Shown here: positions 48,070-57,501 of the stretch, piece after piece
How the letters are laid out: each line of letters starts with the position of its first letter
Numbering within the stretch: the stretch's first letter is position 1
Assembly: GCA_965223265.1 (NCBI GenBank)
Contig: OZ244999.1
Coordinates: 3,200,001-3,264,000 of the forward strand
Direction: 5' to 3'
DNA from: Planctomycetota bacterium
GTDB lineage: Bacteria; Planctomycetota; UBA8108; SXIK01
Length of the DNA stretch: 64,000 nt
The notes under the pieces: generated by a model
Databases searched by the model: none
Seen by the model: the letters and a program-made list of their open reading frames with translations, nothing else
What the model was told of the DNA's origin: nothing
Program-made: the position numbers and the translations under genes

Positions 48070-48275
48070 TTAAGTTAAGCCTGGGCGTGAAGAGGCCGGT
48101 TACCGTGGTCGGACGACTTTTTCGCTGCGCCGCCACGGCTAACGGCATTCTCATCGCCGGAATATTCTAGTATGACGTGTCTGCGCAATATGTCTACGGC
48201 ATGCCACGACGACGGTGTCGGCGGGGCGATGTGTTGATGAATCGGTGATGTTTCGGTGACGAATCACCCGTACAG

Positions 48276-49415
48276 ATGATCTTCGGAGTCGTGATGGTCG
48301 ACGCTGGTGTCGCGCACGCTGAGAACGACAAGTCTGCATCTTGCTCGGTGTCTGCTCGCCGCTGGGTTTGGGCGTTGGTCATTCTCGCGCTCGCCCTCCT
48401 TGTCTGGACGTTGGTTCCCGTTCCAGCCTCTTTCGTCGAAGCGTACTACTCGCGTGGTGTCTTTCGATGGATCGCACACGTTGTCGCAGGCGCTTCTGCG
48501 GTCGTGCCGTTTTCGCTGACGTTAGTGTCAGGTTTTGGCGTCTTCATGTTTTTGTTCTGGTTCTTCGGGGTTCGTTTAAGGCGTTCGGTGCGAAGCAGCT
48601 TGAAGCCTAAGCGCACGTATCTGTTGAAGGCGAGCGTCGCGTTCGCGGTTGTTGCGCTCTCGTTCTATGCTTGGTTTCTCGTTTTCTGGGGGATCGGGTA
48701 CCGCCGGGAACACCTCGAAGTGCGCTTGGGGCTTGCGCATGCGGATGCCGACACGTCCGCCCGCCGAGCGTGCGCGGAAGGGCTCCTCAATATCGTTCGC
48801 CACACCTCTGCTTCCCGTGACCTGCAGCGCGTGTCCGCGGCAATCGAAGACATCAGCGAATCCATGGCTGAGCACGTCCGTCAGTGGGAGGAAGGCTCTC
48901 CGACGTTGCCGACGGGTGTGAAGACTTTACCGCGTGGCTGGCTCCTCAGTAGCGGGACGAGCGGCGTCACTTCGCCTTTCTTTTTGGAGCCGCACGTTGA
49001 TGGAGGGTTGCCACCGGCGGCGTTTGTGGCGGTCGCTGCGCACGAGTTGGCACACGTCGCGGGCTACTGCACGGAGTCGGACGCCGACCTCGTCGCGGCA
49101 ATCGCAGGACTCTCCGCTGCCGACCCGTTCGCTCGCTATTGCGTCGCGCTTTGGCTTTTCGACGAAGTCAGTAGCGGACTCGACGACGCGGCTGAGTGGA
49201 GGGCGCGGTTGCCATCTGAAGCCAAGGAGGATCTCGCTGCGGCGCGGGAAGCCGCGAGACGCTATCGTTTGGCCTGGCTGGCACGACTGCAGTCGCGCGT
49301 CTACGACTCTTATCTGAAATCCCAGCGAGTCAGTGACGGCATCGAGAGTTACCGCCGCGGTATCGAGCTGGTCGTGCGCGCGGCGCGTGCCGGAGTGATC
49401 GACTTAGCGCCGTGA
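48276..49415 (+). CDS. DUF3810 family membrane zincin-like protein
   Basis: VEAYYSRGVF, WGIGYRR, SGVTSPFFLE, AHELAH..G...ESDA, YDSYLKSQ...GIESY. Confidence 0.85.
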   Translation: MIFGVVMVDAGVAHAENDKSASCSVSARRWVWALVILALALLVWTLVPVPASFVEAYYSRGVFRWIAHVVAGASAVVPFSLTLVSGFGVFMFLFWFFGVRLRRSVRSSLKPKRTYLLKASVAFAVVALSFYAWFLVFWGIGYRREHLEVRLGLAHADADTSARRACAEGLLNIVRHTSASRDLQRVSAAIEDISESMAEHVRQWEEGSPTLPTGVKTLPRGWLLSSGTSGVTSPFFLEPHVDGGLPPAAFVAVAAHELAHVAGYCTESDADLVAAIAGLSAADPFARYCVALWLFDEVSSGLDDAAEWRARLPSEAKEDLAAAREAARRYRLAWLARLQSRVYDSYLKSQRVSDGIESYRRGIELVVRAARAGVIDLAP

Positions 49416-49606
49416 CGAATCGCGGCGCCCTTGCGTCTCGGCGATGCGCGATCCGGCGCCGCGAAGGCGACGCTTCATCTGAGGTGCAGGTGAACCAGCA
49501 CTGTGTTTGCCTCCGCTTCCGGCTCGTTGTTTTCTCCGTCCTTCGCGCGCTGTCTCTTTGCTGGACCCTCGGCTATAAATAGGACTGAATTCAACTGAAT
49601 CGCGAG

Positions 49607-50002
49607 GTGCAACACGTGAATCTTTCTTCCGAGTCGACACCGCAAGGGTATGCCTTGGCCGATCTTGACCAGATCGCGCCCGTGCCCTGTCCCTGTGGCT
49701 TCTCTCGCCGCGCATTCGCCGATCCGCAAATGAGTCCTGCGAGCCTTCACCGTGTGGACATCTCGGTGGACAGCCAGACTCATTACCACAAGCAGCTTAC
49801 AGAGATTTACTACGTCCTCGAAGGCGAAGGGCGCATCGAGCTGGACGGTGAGTCGTTTCCCCTGCGTCCAGGGAGCTCGGTCTTGATCAAGCCGGGCACA
49901 CGTCATCGTGCCGTAGGACGGCTGCAGGTGATCGTGGTTTCGATGCCGCCGTTCGACCCGAGTGACGAGTTTGTCGTCGAAGATAGCGCGCCCGCTTCGT
50001 GA
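49607..50002 (+). CDS. Cupin domain protein
   Basis: PCPCGFSRRAF, HYHKQLTEIYYVLEG, PGTRHRA. Confidence 0.88.
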   Translation: MQHVNLSSESTPQGYALADLDQIAPVPCPCGFSRRAFADPQMSPASLHRVDISVDSQTHYHKQLTEIYYVLEGEGRIELDGESFPLRPGSSVLIKPGTRHRAVGRLQVIVVSMPPFDPSDEFVVEDSAPAS

Positions 50003-50082
50003 GGCCGGCGCTGCATGAAGTGTGACTTTGCGCCCTCGCCCGCTGCGCATGAGATAGCGACCGCCTCTGCGGTTCAACGCAT

Positions 50083-50877
50083 CTATGTCGCGAGGCGGCG
50101 TAAGCGCAGAATCCTCTCTGCCAGCCCGGCACGGCTGGAGAAACAGCTGTCGGAGCTTGAGCGACCCTCGGTCTCGTTCGGCAGCAGTGGTTGAAGCCGC
50201 TCGAGGAGTCTGAGGAGGCCGTGCCCATCGAACCCCGCCTGCTCGGCTAAACGTACACTCCACATGTCCGCATCGAACTCCTGCTCTTCGGTGTAGCCGC
50301 GCTGGACGAATCCGTCGAAGCCTTGTACCGCACGAGCTAAAAGAGTGCGGCGCATTTGTAGCAGTTTGACCCCGGCGTTGAGCGCGGTCTGCTTCGCCAG
50401 GTGGCGTACAGCGTGTTTGAGGTCGATATGAACGATCTCGTGCGCCAGTAAACCTGCGAGCTCCGAGTCGTCTCGGCACAGTTCGACAAGTGGTCTGGAG
50501 ACGATCACGGTTCCGCCTGGGATCGCCATCGCTTTGGGCTCTGGTTCGGCGGTCATCACGAAGCGATAGGGAATCTCGGCGCGCCGCACCAACCGGAGCA
50601 GCCTGGCGCCGACCGCGTCGACGTGAGACGTGAGCTGGTCAGCGGAGGAGAGCGGAACCGCCGACAAGTATTTGCCGGCGACGGCCGCGCCAGCTTTGAT
50701 CTCGAACACTGCTAAGGAGCCATCATCGTCCGCGTCGCTCGTGAGGCCTCGGCCGACGTCCCGGACGCCGGCGATCGAACGTCCGAGGCCCTTGAGCATT
50801 GCCGGAATTCGTCGATGGAGGAAGAGCAGAGTAAAGAGCAGAATCAGGATCAATACGGTGCTCGGACTGGGGAGCAT
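50083..50877 (-). CDS. M48 family zinc metallopeptidase with TatA-like N-terminus
   Basis: AMAIPGGTVIV, ELAGLLAHEIVH, EQEFDAD. N-terminal TM plus amphipathic helix. Confidence 0.8.
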   Translation of the reverse strand: MLPSPSTVLILILLFTLLFLHRRIPAMLKGLGRSIAGVRDVGRGLTSDADDDGSLAVFEIKAGAAVAGKYLSAVPLSSADQLTSHVDAVGARLLRLVRRAEIPYRFVMTAEPEPKAMAIPGGTVIVSRPLVELCRDDSELAGLLAHEIVHIDLKHAVRHLAKQTALNAGVKLLQMRRTLLARAVQGFDGFVQRGYTEEQEFDADMWSVRLAEQAGFDGHGLLRLLERLQPLLPNETEGRSSSDSCFSSRAGLAERILRLRRLAT

Positions 50878-51024
50878 GAGAACTCTACGTTCCACGTTGC
50901 AACAACTAGCGAGCAAACGGGCCGTGAAAGGCGTCGGTTTTCGTGCGCGGCGCGCCGACGTTTCGCCGGCGTTTTGGAGACGTAGCCAGACTCGACGACT
51001 GGGCCGGTCGTGAGTGAAGCGCAC

Positions 51025-51951
51025 TCAGCTCCTTCTCTGATACGACGGTGAAATCCCTTCGATCTCCCAAAGTCCAGCTGCTTCAAGGGCCGCCTTCAAT
51101 TCCGTTTTTTCTTTCGCGTCGAGGTCGCTGATCGGAGCGCGAGGGCCGCCGACGTCGAAGTCCAGGACGCTTAAGGTTCCTTTGACGGCCGCGATGTTCG
51201 GGTAGCGATCGATCACGTTGATGAACCGGTTGGCCAAAAGCTGCAGCTCTCTTGCCTTGACCAGATCACCCGATTCGTATTCGGCCCACATTCTCCGGAA
51301 CACCGGCAAGAGGTAGTTGTAGTTCGAGCCGACGGCGCCCTGTCCGCCCAACAGCAGACTGGAAAGGAACATGCAGTCAACACCGCAAACGAACTGGTAA
51401 GCGTTACCGATAGCGCTTTGCACCTGCTGGAACAGGGCGAAATTGGGGTCCGACCACTTCATCCCGGCGAAGTTTGGTAGCTTGACGAGCTGTTCAGCGA
51501 AAGCTACGTCGATCGGAAAGCCTGTGCAGCCGGGGATATGATAGTAGTAGAAAGGCAACTCTGTGGACGTCGCAATCTCGCGCAAGTAGTCGAGCGCCGA
51601 ACTGCGACGGGTCGGGTAGTAATAGGGTGGTATGCTGCTGATGGCTTGCGCGCCGGCTCGCGCGGCGTGCTGGGCAAGCCGCACGGCGTCTCCGACCTGC
51701 GGCGAGGCGACATGGACGGTGATCGGTACCTGTCCTGTGACTTCGGAGGCGACGAGCTCGGTGAGCTTCTCTCGCTCTTCGAGGGCTAACACAGGGAACT
51801 CGGCTGTCGTTCCGCAGATGAAAAACCCGTGCGCCCCCTGCGCGATGAGACGTGAAATGAGTTCACGCTGTAGCGCTGTGTCGATACCTCCACTCTTGTC
51901 ATACGTTGTCACGAGTGCTGGAAAGATCCCTCGAATCGGGCGGTCGTCCAT
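51025..51951 (-). CDS. DapA/NanA (N-acetylneuraminate lyase-like) class I aldolase
   Basis: GIFPALVT, GTTAEF, PPYYY, YYHIP, Schiff-base lysine in GMKWS. Confidence 0.9.
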   Translation of the reverse strand: MDDRPIRGIFPALVTTYDKSGGIDTALQRELISRLIAQGAHGFFICGTTAEFPVLALEEREKLTELVASEVTGQVPITVHVASPQVGDAVRLAQHAARAGAQAISSIPPYYYPTRRSSALDYLREIATSTELPFYYYHIPGCTGFPIDVAFAEQLVKLPNFAGMKWSDPNFALFQQVQSAIGNAYQFVCGVDCMFLSSLLLGGQGAVGSNYNYLLPVFRRMWAEYESGDLVKARELQLLANRFINVIDRYPNIAAVKGTLSVLDFDVGGPRAPISDLDAKEKTELKAALEAAGLWEIEGISPSYQRRS

Positions 51952-52201
51952 GGTTCTTCTTTCGTTCTCGGGTGCTGCAGGCAAGGTGGTATGGCATCGC
52001 CAGCGCCGCGGCGCTCTTCCGGTCGACGCTGGTGCCGGAGTCCTCCAAGAGTTTGCCAGCTGTAACTCTGGATTCCTATTCTTTGTTTCACGATGCCCGC
52101 AGGGTTCTCAGGGCCGAGTCGGGTGAGCTGCGGCGAGTTGCGGTCTCGGCGGTGCTTCCTGATTCTCGGTTCGCTTGTCGACGTTTGGCGGTGAGTGTTT
52201 G

Positions 52202-53347
52202 TCAGCTCAAGCCGAGCTGATGGTTTGACAGCCGCGTCGCGCCGGATTCGGTGACGAGATAGTCATGTTCAAGTCGAATGCCGCCGGTCGGAGCGCCGTA
52301 AAGGCCTGGCTCGAGTGTGATCACCATGCCCTCGGTGAGAACGGCGTCGCTTTGTGGCACCAGCTCTGGCGCTTCCGGATGGCCTAGGCCTATGGCGTGC
52401 CCGGCGTGGTGGACGAGACGGTGGTCGTCGCCCGAGGCACGAAACCACGAGTCAACGGCATTGAACAGCTGCCGTACGGGCAGGCCCGGAGCGATCATTC
52501 TTTCAGCGCGTTCGAGCCCTTGGTGGACGATCGAATAGAGATCCTCCTGTTCACTCGTCGCCTTACCGCCGACCACCAGGGTGTTCGTTATGTCACCGCG
52601 GTATCCGTTGACATACGGAAAGATGTCGAGGATCACAAGCTCACCCGCCTGCATGGTTCGAAGGGTCGGCTCGCCGCCTCCTGTTGCTGCTCGCGGTCCG
52701 GACGCAAGGTCGCACATCATGACGAACGGCATCTCGGCGGCCACCGTCGCTTGCGCGACAAGTTGGCTGTAATATTCAATTTCAGTCATGCCGGGTTCCA
52801 GCAGCTGCCGCGACGCCGCGTGGACTGCCTCGGCGGTACGGATGCCGCGGCGGATGCATTCGAGCTCGTCTGGATCTTTTCGCTGACGTAGCCGACGCAG
52901 CTCGGGATCGATGTCGACGACGGAACCGACGACGTTAGCGATCGGCGCAGGGAGCTGAGAGATTTCGGCGCCGAGGCGATCGATGCGAAGCTTTTGAAGC
53001 CGTTCGATGACCGCCTCCACGACGACGGCGGCGCGGTTCTTCGCGGGCGTCTCACAGTCATACCAGTTGACCGTCACGACTTCATCGACGGCCGCGTTAG
53101 CCGCGGAGTCCAGCCAGTTGTCGACGAACAGCGTCGATCGAGAATCTTTTTCCAACAGGAGAAAGCTTGAACTGTTGTGATTCAGACTGGGAGGCTGGGC
53201 GAAGAAGCCACTGAGGTAGAGGATGTGCTCCGGTACATGGATCAGCGCCGCATCGACGCTTTGCGCCGGAGCCGCGTTGACGTCCGAGTTGGAGAGGCGG
53301 TGGAGGAGACGCGATTGACGTGAGTTACAGCCTGCCTTCGTGAGCAT
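52202..53347 (-). CDS. M24 family Xaa-Pro peptidase
   Basis: LRQRKDPDE, GYRGDITNT, HHAGHAIGL, TLEPGLY, GIRLEHDYLVT. Confidence 0.92.
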   Translation of the reverse strand: MLTKAGCNSRQSRLLHRLSNSDVNAAPAQSVDAALIHVPEHILYLSGFFAQPPSLNHNSSSFLLLEKDSRSTLFVDNWLDSAANAAVDEVVTVNWYDCETPAKNRAAVVVEAVIERLQKLRIDRLGAEISQLPAPIANVVGSVVDIDPELRRLRQRKDPDELECIRRGIRTAEAVHAASRQLLEPGMTEIEYYSQLVAQATVAAEMPFVMMCDLASGPRAATGGGEPTLRTMQAGELVILDIFPYVNGYRGDITNTLVVGGKATSEQEDLYSIVHQGLERAERMIAPGLPVRQLFNAVDSWFRASGDDHRLVHHAGHAIGLGHPEAPELVPQSDAVLTEGMVITLEPGLYGAPTGGIRLEHDYLVTESGATRLSNHQLGLS

Positions 53348-53527
53348 GGAGAGTCCTTACCGTGGTTTCGCAGAAGGCGCGTCATGCTATCCTTTCGATG
53401 CGAAAAAACGATAGTGAAAAGCGTTGCCGTGGGTTCTTTTTCGACGCACCATTTTCGCTGATCGTCAACGAACGTGAGCTGATCGTGAGCGTGAGCGCCA
53501 GCCGTTAGCGACGGCAGGTTTGAATGT

Positions 53528-53806
53528 ATGATTCAAATCGTCTGGTTACTCTTTGCAGCGCTGTTAGTCTTCCTCGCATGGCTGGCAAGGGATTGGATGC
53601 CGTATCTTGTCGGTGGGGTGTGCGCTGCGAGTCTGATTCTCTGGATCGTTGTGTCATCGCTTTGGCCCTCGAAGCCTGACCGCCATTGTCCTCGCTGTGC
53701 GCGTCAAGGCCTGGTGAAGATCCGTCGCGGCGAACCAGGAGTGAGATGTGAGTACTGCGATTTCCGCGACGATTCGATGCATGTTGCGTACCTCGACGAC
53801 TGGTGA
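53528..53806 (+). CDS. Small 2-TM protein with C-terminal Zn ribbon
   Basis: Two hydrophobic helices followed by CPRC...CEYC. Confidence 0.7.
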   Translation: MIQIVWLLFAALLVFLAWLARDWMPYLVGGVCAASLILWIVVSSLWPSKPDRHCPRCARQGLVKIRRGEPGVRCEYCDFRDDSMHVAYLDDW

Positions 53807-53991
53807 CCTCTGGCGGGAACAGTGATCAGCGGTGCGGCACCGACCCGCTGCGAAGGTCAGGTGCACGGGCGTGTTGACCCTCGCCTCGAACCCTCCGCCA
53901 TTGGTGGCAAACGGACTCACCGACGAACCGGGCTCGACGTGCCGCGATTCTATGGTTGCTGACTCGGCCATTCCGCCTATAATCCGCGGCC

Positions 53992-54483
53992 ATGAGTAAC
54001 GGGTTCCTCGGCTACGACACGACATTCATGGTGGACTTTGTCGTCTGCTCCCTGGCCTTGATTGTGCCGATTCTGGGCTACAGCGTTTTTACCGTGAAAG
54101 TCCAGGGGCAGTTCGTCCGTCATAGGAATTTGCAGATCCTGTTGACGGTCGTCCTGCTACTTGCCGTCGCCGCCTTCGAGATCGATGTGCGACTCCACGG
54201 TGGTTGGGAGAACATCGTCAACAAAGACCCTGCCCAACCGCGGCTTAGCGGTAGCGAACTTGAGAATGTCCGCTTGGTGTTGTACGTACATCTCGTTTTC
54301 GCCATCAGTTCGCCCCTCCTCTGGTTAGCGACGATGGTGCTGGCGCTGCGGCGTTTTCGTTCGCCGCCCGCGCCAGGGCCGCATAGCCGTTTGCACCGGA
54401 GACTCGGTTGGTTGTCGACCGCCGACATCACCCTCACTGCGTTGACGGGGCTCTGGTTCTACTATCTCGCGTTTGTCGCCTAG
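53992..54483 (+). CDS. DUF420 family membrane protein
   Basis: HRNLQ, FEIDVR..GGW, LYVHLVFA, HRRLGW, TGLWFY. Confidence 0.85.
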   Translation: MSNGFLGYDTTFMVDFVVCSLALIVPILGYSVFTVKVQGQFVRHRNLQILLTVVLLLAVAAFEIDVRLHGGWENIVNKDPAQPRLSGSELENVRLVLYVHLVFAISSPLLWLATMVLALRRFRSPPAPGPHSRLHRRLGWLSTADITLTALTGLWFYYLAFVA

Positions 54484-54545
54484 CAGCCTGTTGAAAAAGT
54501 GCTTCAGCCGAGAAACTGGCCTCTATGCGCCTGGCTCGACGCGAA
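54484..54545. mobile_element. MITE half copy starting at the TAG stop of the DUF420 gene
   Basis: CTAG-CAGCCTGTTGAAAAAGTGCTTCAGCCGAGAAACTGGCCTCT. Confidence 0.7.
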
Positions 54546-54565
54546 GTGCCAGACTCGAGGCTCAG

Positions 54566-55441
54566 CTAACGCGTCGCCAGAGATTCGATCCACGTCGCAC
54601 CTGCGATGACGATCTTTTCGAGTGTTGAGAGAGAAGGGCGACGCGTCAGGACGTCAAAGTGGCGGTGTTCGATGTGATCAAGAACACGGGAGTAGAACCG
54701 CTTGAGCAGAACCGGACAATAACGCGACTCCGGCTCGACGAGTTCGAAGAGCGGTGTGGCCTCGAGAAAGAAGTAGCGCGCACGGTCAACTTGAAACCGC
54801 ATCAAGTCTTGAAACCCCTGTGTTGGATTGAGGGCGAACAGATCTCGTTCGTCACAGCCGAATTGACGCATCTCGTCGGCAGGTAGATAAACTCGATTGC
54901 GCTCACAATCCTCGCGGACGTCGCGCAGAATATTGGTCAGCTGCATCGCAATCCCGAGCTGGACTGCAGGTTCGATGGCGCGTGAGTCTCGGTAGCCAAA
55001 GATCTCTATACAGATCAGGCCGACAACGGATGCGGCGCGGTAGCAGTACTCGTAGAGTTCGTCGAAGTCCGCGTATCGGTTTTTGACCAGATCGCTTCTC
55101 ATACCACGGAGAAGCTCGCGAAAAGGTTCGAGTGGTATCTGAAATCGCTCGATCGTATCCTTCAGCGCCGGCGCTAGTGGGTCGTCGACATCGCCAGACG
55201 TCAGGAGGGCTTCGAGTTGGTCAAGACGCCGGCGAGCCTCTGCTTCGTCGAGGTTCTGCTCCTCGACAGCGTCGACGGCGTCGTCCGCTCTGCGACTGAA
55301 AGCGTAGACCGCGAAAATGCTGCGCCGACGCTCCGGTGGCAGAAAGCGAAACGTGTAAAAAAAGTTTCGGGCCGCCGCTCGCGTGACGGTCTCGGCGCGG
55401 CTATACGACTCTTCGACTGAGATCATTGACCGTCCATTCAT
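54566..55441 (-). CDS. Squalene/phytoene synthase family (HpnD/CrtB-like)
   Basis: ARNFFYTF, YAFSRRADDAVD, YCYRAASVVG, MQLTNILRDVRED, RVYLP. Start at 55441 or 55426. Confidence 0.92.
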   Translation of the reverse strand: MNGRSMISVEESYSRAETVTRAAARNFFYTFRFLPPERRRSIFAVYAFSRRADDAVDAVEEQNLDEAEARRRLDQLEALLTSGDVDDPLAPALKDTIERFQIPLEPFRELLRGMRSDLVKNRYADFDELYEYCYRAASVVGLICIEIFGYRDSRAIEPAVQLGIAMQLTNILRDVREDCERNRVYLPADEMRQFGCDERDLFALNPTQGFQDLMRFQVDRARYFFLEATPLFELVEPESRYCPVLLKRFYSRVLDHIEHRHFDVLTRRPSLSTLEKIVIAGATWIESLATR

Positions 55442-55874
55442 CGTCGTCCGCCGGACGTTTGAGGGCGAGCCTCGCGAGGTGCGGATGGGGCGTTCGTCGA
55501 CGTTGCCACCGACGCTCGATTCCAACTCTTGACGGCTGTGCTACACCCGTCCATTCCGATAATTCTACGCTGCATTCCGAGCTCGTAACCGCCCAACCAC
55601 GCGGTGCTTCTAATGCCTCCTTAGCTTCGCCGTCTATCGTGCGTGCGCTGGCAACCGCACCAGGGAAGACGATACAATAGCGTGCGTACGATTCGATGGC
55701 GACAGGTGAGCGGCGGATGAACCATACATCATCATGTCGGCGATGACGATCTGGTAGCCGCTGAGTCACCCAGCGACTGCGTACTCGACGAGAGGTCGCC
55801 GCGGTGGAGCGTAGCTGACCCGGTTCGCCCAATTTTAATCAGATAAGCACCTAGAGGACTTCATTCAGCCCCTC

Positions 55875-56660
55875 ATGCGCCAGCTCTTATCGACGTTCGG
55901 TGACTTCAGCAGATATTCCCTGCAGATACTCCGCCGAATCTTCGTGCGACGATACTCGATTAACTCGCTGCTGGACCAGATGCATCGGATCGGTGTCGAG
56001 TCGTTGACTGTGGTCAATCTTTGTTCGTTTTTCATTGGGCTGGTTCTTGTCGTCCAGACAGTCGCGCTATTGGCTCGCTTTGGCGCTAGGGAGCAAATCA
56101 CGACCATTCTGACCGCATCGTTCGTGCGCGAAATCGGCCCAGTTTTTTCGGCCATCATGTTTGCCGGACGCATTGGTACTAGTATCGCGGCGGAGATCGG
56201 TTCGATGGTCGTCTCCGAGCAGGTCGATGCGTACCGCGCGTTCGGCGCCGATCCTCTGACGAAGCTTGCGGTGCCGCGGGTGCTCGGCACGGCTTTGATG
56301 TTGCCGGCCCTTACAATCATCGCGTGTGTCGTTGGTGTCTTTAGCGGCTTTCTCGTCGTCGTTTTTGACATGGGCGTCTCTCGATCGGTGTATGTCACCA
56401 CTGCACTCGAAGCATTGACGCCACTCGATGTCGTTGGTTGCGTGACGAAAGGCGGGACGTTCGGGCTCTTGATCGGGCTGATTGCGACGTATACGGGATT
56501 GCGCACCGAACGTGCAGCGGAAGCTGTTGGCGCGACGACAACGACAACGATGGTCCGCTGCGTTCTCGGAGTTCTGGTCGTTGACCTGTTTCTGACGAAA
56601 CTGTTCCTCACCTTGGGCGATTTTCAGCCCTGGACCCTCTCATTCTCCCATGGCACCTGA
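55875..56660 (+). CDS. mlaE: MlaE-family ABC permease
   Basis: REIGPV, AGRIGTSIAAEIGSMVVSEQVDA, VGATTT. Confidence 0.92.
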   Translation: MRQLLSTFGDFSRYSLQILRRIFVRRYSINSLLDQMHRIGVESLTVVNLCSFFIGLVLVVQTVALLARFGAREQITTILTASFVREIGPVFSAIMFAGRIGTSIAAEIGSMVVSEQVDAYRAFGADPLTKLAVPRVLGTALMLPALTIIACVVGVFSGFLVVVFDMGVSRSVYVTTALEALTPLDVVGCVTKGGTFGLLIGLIATYTGLRTERAAEAVGATTTTTMVRCVLGVLVVDLFLTKLFLTLGDFQPWTLSFSHGT

Positions 56661-57501
56661 CGAATCGACACTCGCGGATCCGGATTCGCCGTTCTCCGAG
56701 CCAGAACCTAATGAAGCTGGAGAGATACCGGTGCTCCGCTTGCGTGGTGTCTGCAAGTCATTCGGTGACCATTCCGTGTTGAGCGGCGTAGATCTCGACG
56801 TGCGCGAAGGTGAGTCGGTAGCGATTCTCGGGCGAAGCGGCAGCGGCAAGAGTTGCCTGTTGCGGATCATTCTTGGGCTCATGGAAGTCGATTCCGGAAG
56901 CGTCGAGTTGTGGGGGAGGCCAATGACCGATGCGGCGGAGGAAGAATGGATCCCGCTTCGCCGACGCATGGGAATGGTGTTTCAGTCTGGTGCTCTATTC
57001 GACTCGATGACGGTCTTCGACAACGTCGCCTTCCCCCTGCGCGAGCAGGGCGGATTTGACGAGGACCGAATCGCGGAATTGGCACGCGAGCGGCTTGAGT
57101 GGGTGGAGCTTCCTGACACCGCAGGGTATCTGCCCAGCGAGCTGTCGGGAGGCATGCGACGGCGCGTGGCCTTGGCGCGCACACTAAGCTTCGAGCCCGA
57201 GTTTGTTCTCTTCGACGAGCCGACAACCGGGCTCGATCCGATCACAAGCCGGAAAATTGCCACTCTTATGCGAGATCTGGACAGAAAACTGCGCTCAACG
57301 TCGATTCTGGTCACTCACGATCTTGAATGTGCCCGGATCGTCTCATCGCGCTGGGCCTATCTCTCCGGCGGCAAAGTGCTGGTCACGGGAACGCCCGACG
57401 AATTGGCACGCTGCGAGAGCGAGGAAGTCAAAGAGTTCCTTGGTGACACGATCGGCCCGAAAGTTGCACCTCCGGGAAGTCAAGAGCAGGTTGCACCATG
57501 A
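56650..57501 (+). CDS. mlaF: MlaF-family ABC ATPase
   Basis: GRSGSGKS, FQSGALFDSMTV, LSGGMRRRV, FDEPTTGLDP. Confidence 0.93.
   Translation: MAPDESTLADPDSPFSEPEPNEAGEIPVLRLRGVCKSFGDHSVLSGVDLDVREGESVAILGRSGSGKSCLLRIILGLMEVDSGSVELWGRPMTDAAEEEWIPLRRRMGMVFQSGALFDSMTVFDNVAFPLREQGGFDEDRIAELARERLEWVELPDTAGYLPSELSGGMRRRVALARTLSFEPEFVLFDEPTTGLDPITSRKIATLMRDLDRKLRSTSILVTHDLECARIVSSRWAYLSGGKVLVTGTPDELARCESEEVKEFLGDTIGPKVAPPGSQEQVAP

Noticed and set aside
46209-55441. Carotenoid/hopanoid cluster from the desaturase-like and synthase genes
   Set aside because: They are about 7 kb apart with unrelated genes between, and the oxidoreductase looks PYROXD2-type rather than CrtI/HpnE
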